A DNA stretch of 64,000 bases, taken from an uncultured Nitrospiraceae bacterium (GTDB taxonomy: Bacteria > Nitrospirota > Nitrospiria > Nitrospirales > Nitrospiraceae). Location of the stretch: contig CAVPLT010000001.1 in the NCBI GenBank assembly GCA_963706325.1, positions 384,001 through 448,000 of the forward strand, in the 5' to 3' direction. Shown here piece by piece: positions 62,156-64,000 of the stretch (its first letter is position 1; each line of letters opens with the position of its first letter). Below the pieces are notes generated by a model, which saw nothing but the letters and a program-made list of their open reading frames with translations, made no database searches and had not been told where the DNA came from. The position numbers and the translations under genes are program-made.

Positions 62156-62665
62156 TCACTCAGCGTTTCGCAATTGCGCCAAGGTTCCTTCCAACCTTAG
62201 GAGCCGCCTCTTTACCGGCAACCCGCAGGAGAATCCGCCCAGCGAGCCGTCGTGCGCAATAATCCGATGACAAGGCACCACAATAGGCACTGGATTGGCG
62301 CCAAGCGCCATGCCCACCGCCCGGGCATAGTGTTTCCCGCCCACGCGACTTGCAACCCATTGGTAGGATCGGACACGGCCATAGGGGATCCGTGCAATTG
62401 CTTTCCAGACTTTCCGTTGAAATGATGTCCCGGCAGACAAATCTACCGGGAGAGAGAAGTCCCGCCGAGTACCCTGAATGTATGCCAGCAGCTGTGACCG
62501 CGCCTCCTCGATGAGGGCGGTAGCCGCCTCATGCGCGCCTCGCTCCTCCTGCCGGGGGGATGCTTGGCGCTTCGCAGGGGATAAATGAATGGAGGTGATT
62601 CCCTTCTCAGAGGCCGCAATCCCCACCCACCCCCACGCGGTTTTGAACGTCATTTCCCTTGTCAT
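62156..62665 (-). CDS. ogt: Methylated-DNA-protein-cysteine methyltransferase
   Basis: IPYG, RAVG.A..NP and PCHR active site. Confidence 0.93.
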   Translation of the reverse strand: MTREMTFKTAWGWVGIAASEKGITSIHLSPAKRQASPRQEERGAHEAATALIEEARSQLLAYIQGTRRDFSLPVDLSAGTSFQRKVWKAIARIPYGRVRSYQWVASRVGGKHYARAVGMALGANPVPIVVPCHRIIAHDGSLGGFSCGLPVKRRLLRLEGTLAQLRNAE

Positions 62666-62666
62666 G

Positions 62667-64000
62667 TCAGGCCGCTCCAAACTTTCCCGCCATCCGACCC
62701 AATTTTCGTTTTACCATCCTCAGTACGACGTCCAGTTCGTCCGATCCCAGCATGATATGCACGCCGAGATAGCCGACGACGCTGAATCCGATCCCACCGA
62801 TTAGGACCACCGATTTCATCATCCATTCGCCCGCCTGGGTCCAAATCACCGCGCCCGCCACCCACAGACAGATCAGGACAACAGGAATGCAAGCCACCAG
62901 GACACGGAGAGCGGACCATCCGATCGAACCCCAATCGACACGCCCTAACCGTCGATGCAGCACCGCCACGAGAATACTTGCGTTGAGCATCGACGCAAGT
63001 GCGGTGGCCAATGCCAGTCCCGCTGCCTCCAACAGTGTCATCAACCACAGCGATAACAGGATATTGGCACCGACGGCAATCCCAGCCGTGATCGCCGGCG
63101 TCCTGGTGTCCTGTAGGGAATAAAAGGCGGACACAATGATACGTACTCCCGCGAAAGCCCACAACCCGACCGCATAACCTAGCACCGCAGCCGCCGTAGC
63201 GGCGGTATCTTCTCTGGCAAATGACCCATGCTCAAAAAAAAGATGCACGATCGGCTGGCGCAAAAGTATCAATCCCAGCATGGCCGGCAAAATAATAAAA
63301 AAAATCATCCGCAGGCCGAAGCCCAGCGTCGTCCGCAGTTCATCGAGCGCCCCACGGGCCGCCTGCGCAGAAAGCGTCGGCAGAATCGCCGTGGCGAGCG
63401 CGACCCCGAAGATGCCGAGCGGAAACTGGATCAGCCGCATGCCGTAAAACAAATAGGTCGGTCCGCCGGAGAAAAACGACGCCAAAATAGTGCTCACGGT
63501 AATGTTGATCTGCGTCACCGACAGCCCAAGAAGCGAGGGAATCATGAGCCGTCCGATGCGCTTCACCCCCGGATGCCGAGGCTGGAATCTCAGCCCGAAT
63601 AACATGCCGCGTCCATTCAACCCGGGCAGCTGCATCGCAAACTGTGCCATGCCGCCCACCACAATCCCAACCGCTACCCCGATAATGGGTTCCGGCAATA
63701 GGGGTGACAGGAACATCGCACAAGCGATCGTACAAATATTAAAAAAGACCGGAGAGAAGGCCGGCGCCGCGAAGGCGCGCAGGGAATTCAGAATTCCCAT
63801 TGCCAAGGCAGCCAGACTGATGAACAACAGATAGGGGAACATCACGCGAGTCAGCAGCGTCGTCAGTTCTAACTTGTCCGGATGGCCATGAAATCCCGGC
63901 GCAAGCAACCAGACGATCCCCGGCGCTGCCACGATCCCCAACAATGTCACGACCGTGACGATGGTGAGCAGCGTCGTGAAAGTGGCGCTGGCCAATTCCC
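62667..64000 (-). CDS. murJ: Lipid II flippase MurJ (5' end outside the window)
   Basis: Polytopic; FPYLLFISL, RLIQFPLGIFGVAL and FYSLQDTRTP. Confidence 0.93.
   Translation of the reverse strand, partial: ELASATFTTLLTIVTVVTLLGIVAAPGIVWLLAPGFHGHPDKLELTTLLTRVMFPYLLFISLAALAMGILNSLRAFAAPAFSPVFFNICTIACAMFLSPLLPEPIIGVAVGIVVGGMAQFAMQLPGLNGRGMLFGLRFQPRHPGVKRIGRLMIPSLLGLSVTQINITVSTILASFFSGGPTYLFYGMRLIQFPLGIFGVALATAILPTLSAQAARGALDELRTTLGFGLRMIFFIILPAMLGLILLRQPIVHLFFEHGSFAREDTAATAAAVLGYAVGLWAFAGVRIIVSAFYSLQDTRTPAITAGIAVGANILLSLWLMTLLEAAGLALATALASMLNASILVAVLHRRLGRVDWGSIGWSALRVLVACIPVVLICLWVAGAVIWTQAGEWMMKSVVLIGGIGFSVVGYLGVHIMLGSDELDVVLRMVKRKLGRMAGKFGAA

Overview
A GC-rich 64-kb bacterial chromosomal segment. 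Gene content and intergenic repeat style suggest Nitrospira; this is my inference, not verified. Left to right: (1) a K+-uptake locus, kdpFABC-kdpD on the minus strand, with an extra micropeptide, a beta-barrel porin and a small membrane protein, and KdpE-like boxes in front of both units; (2) a long CorA-like protein; (3) a six-gene Hyf/Ehr-type membrane complex whose large subunit lacks all Ni-binding cysteines; (4) a minus-strand run of pyk, HAD, an M16 peptidase pair, an HTH-MBL protein, a site-2 protease, a Zn-ribbon membrane peptidase and DUF1566; (5) a histidine-phosphatase/6-phosphofructokinase fusion, an RNase/barstar pair, YidB and two paralogous CxWC..HGxC mini-proteins, each with a sigma54-type promoter; (6) hemL; (7) an accessory stretch (about 34-45 kb) of secreted or hypothetical genes; (8) ybgC, an orphan degenerate CARF-HEPN (TIGR02710-like) gene, nfeD/SPFH, gmhA, a DHS-like protein, sprT-dinB, rfaE2, mfd, two PPIases, engB, mtgA, VOC, an isoaspartyl peptidase, dtd, ogt and murJ. 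Many single-base frameshifts (3.4-7.6 kb, 22.9-26.2 kb, about 29.25 kb and about 50.02 kb) most likely reflect sequencing or assembly errors. I could support no rRNA, tRNA, transposase or true CRISPR array. All calls are from reading motifs by eye; no database searches were run.
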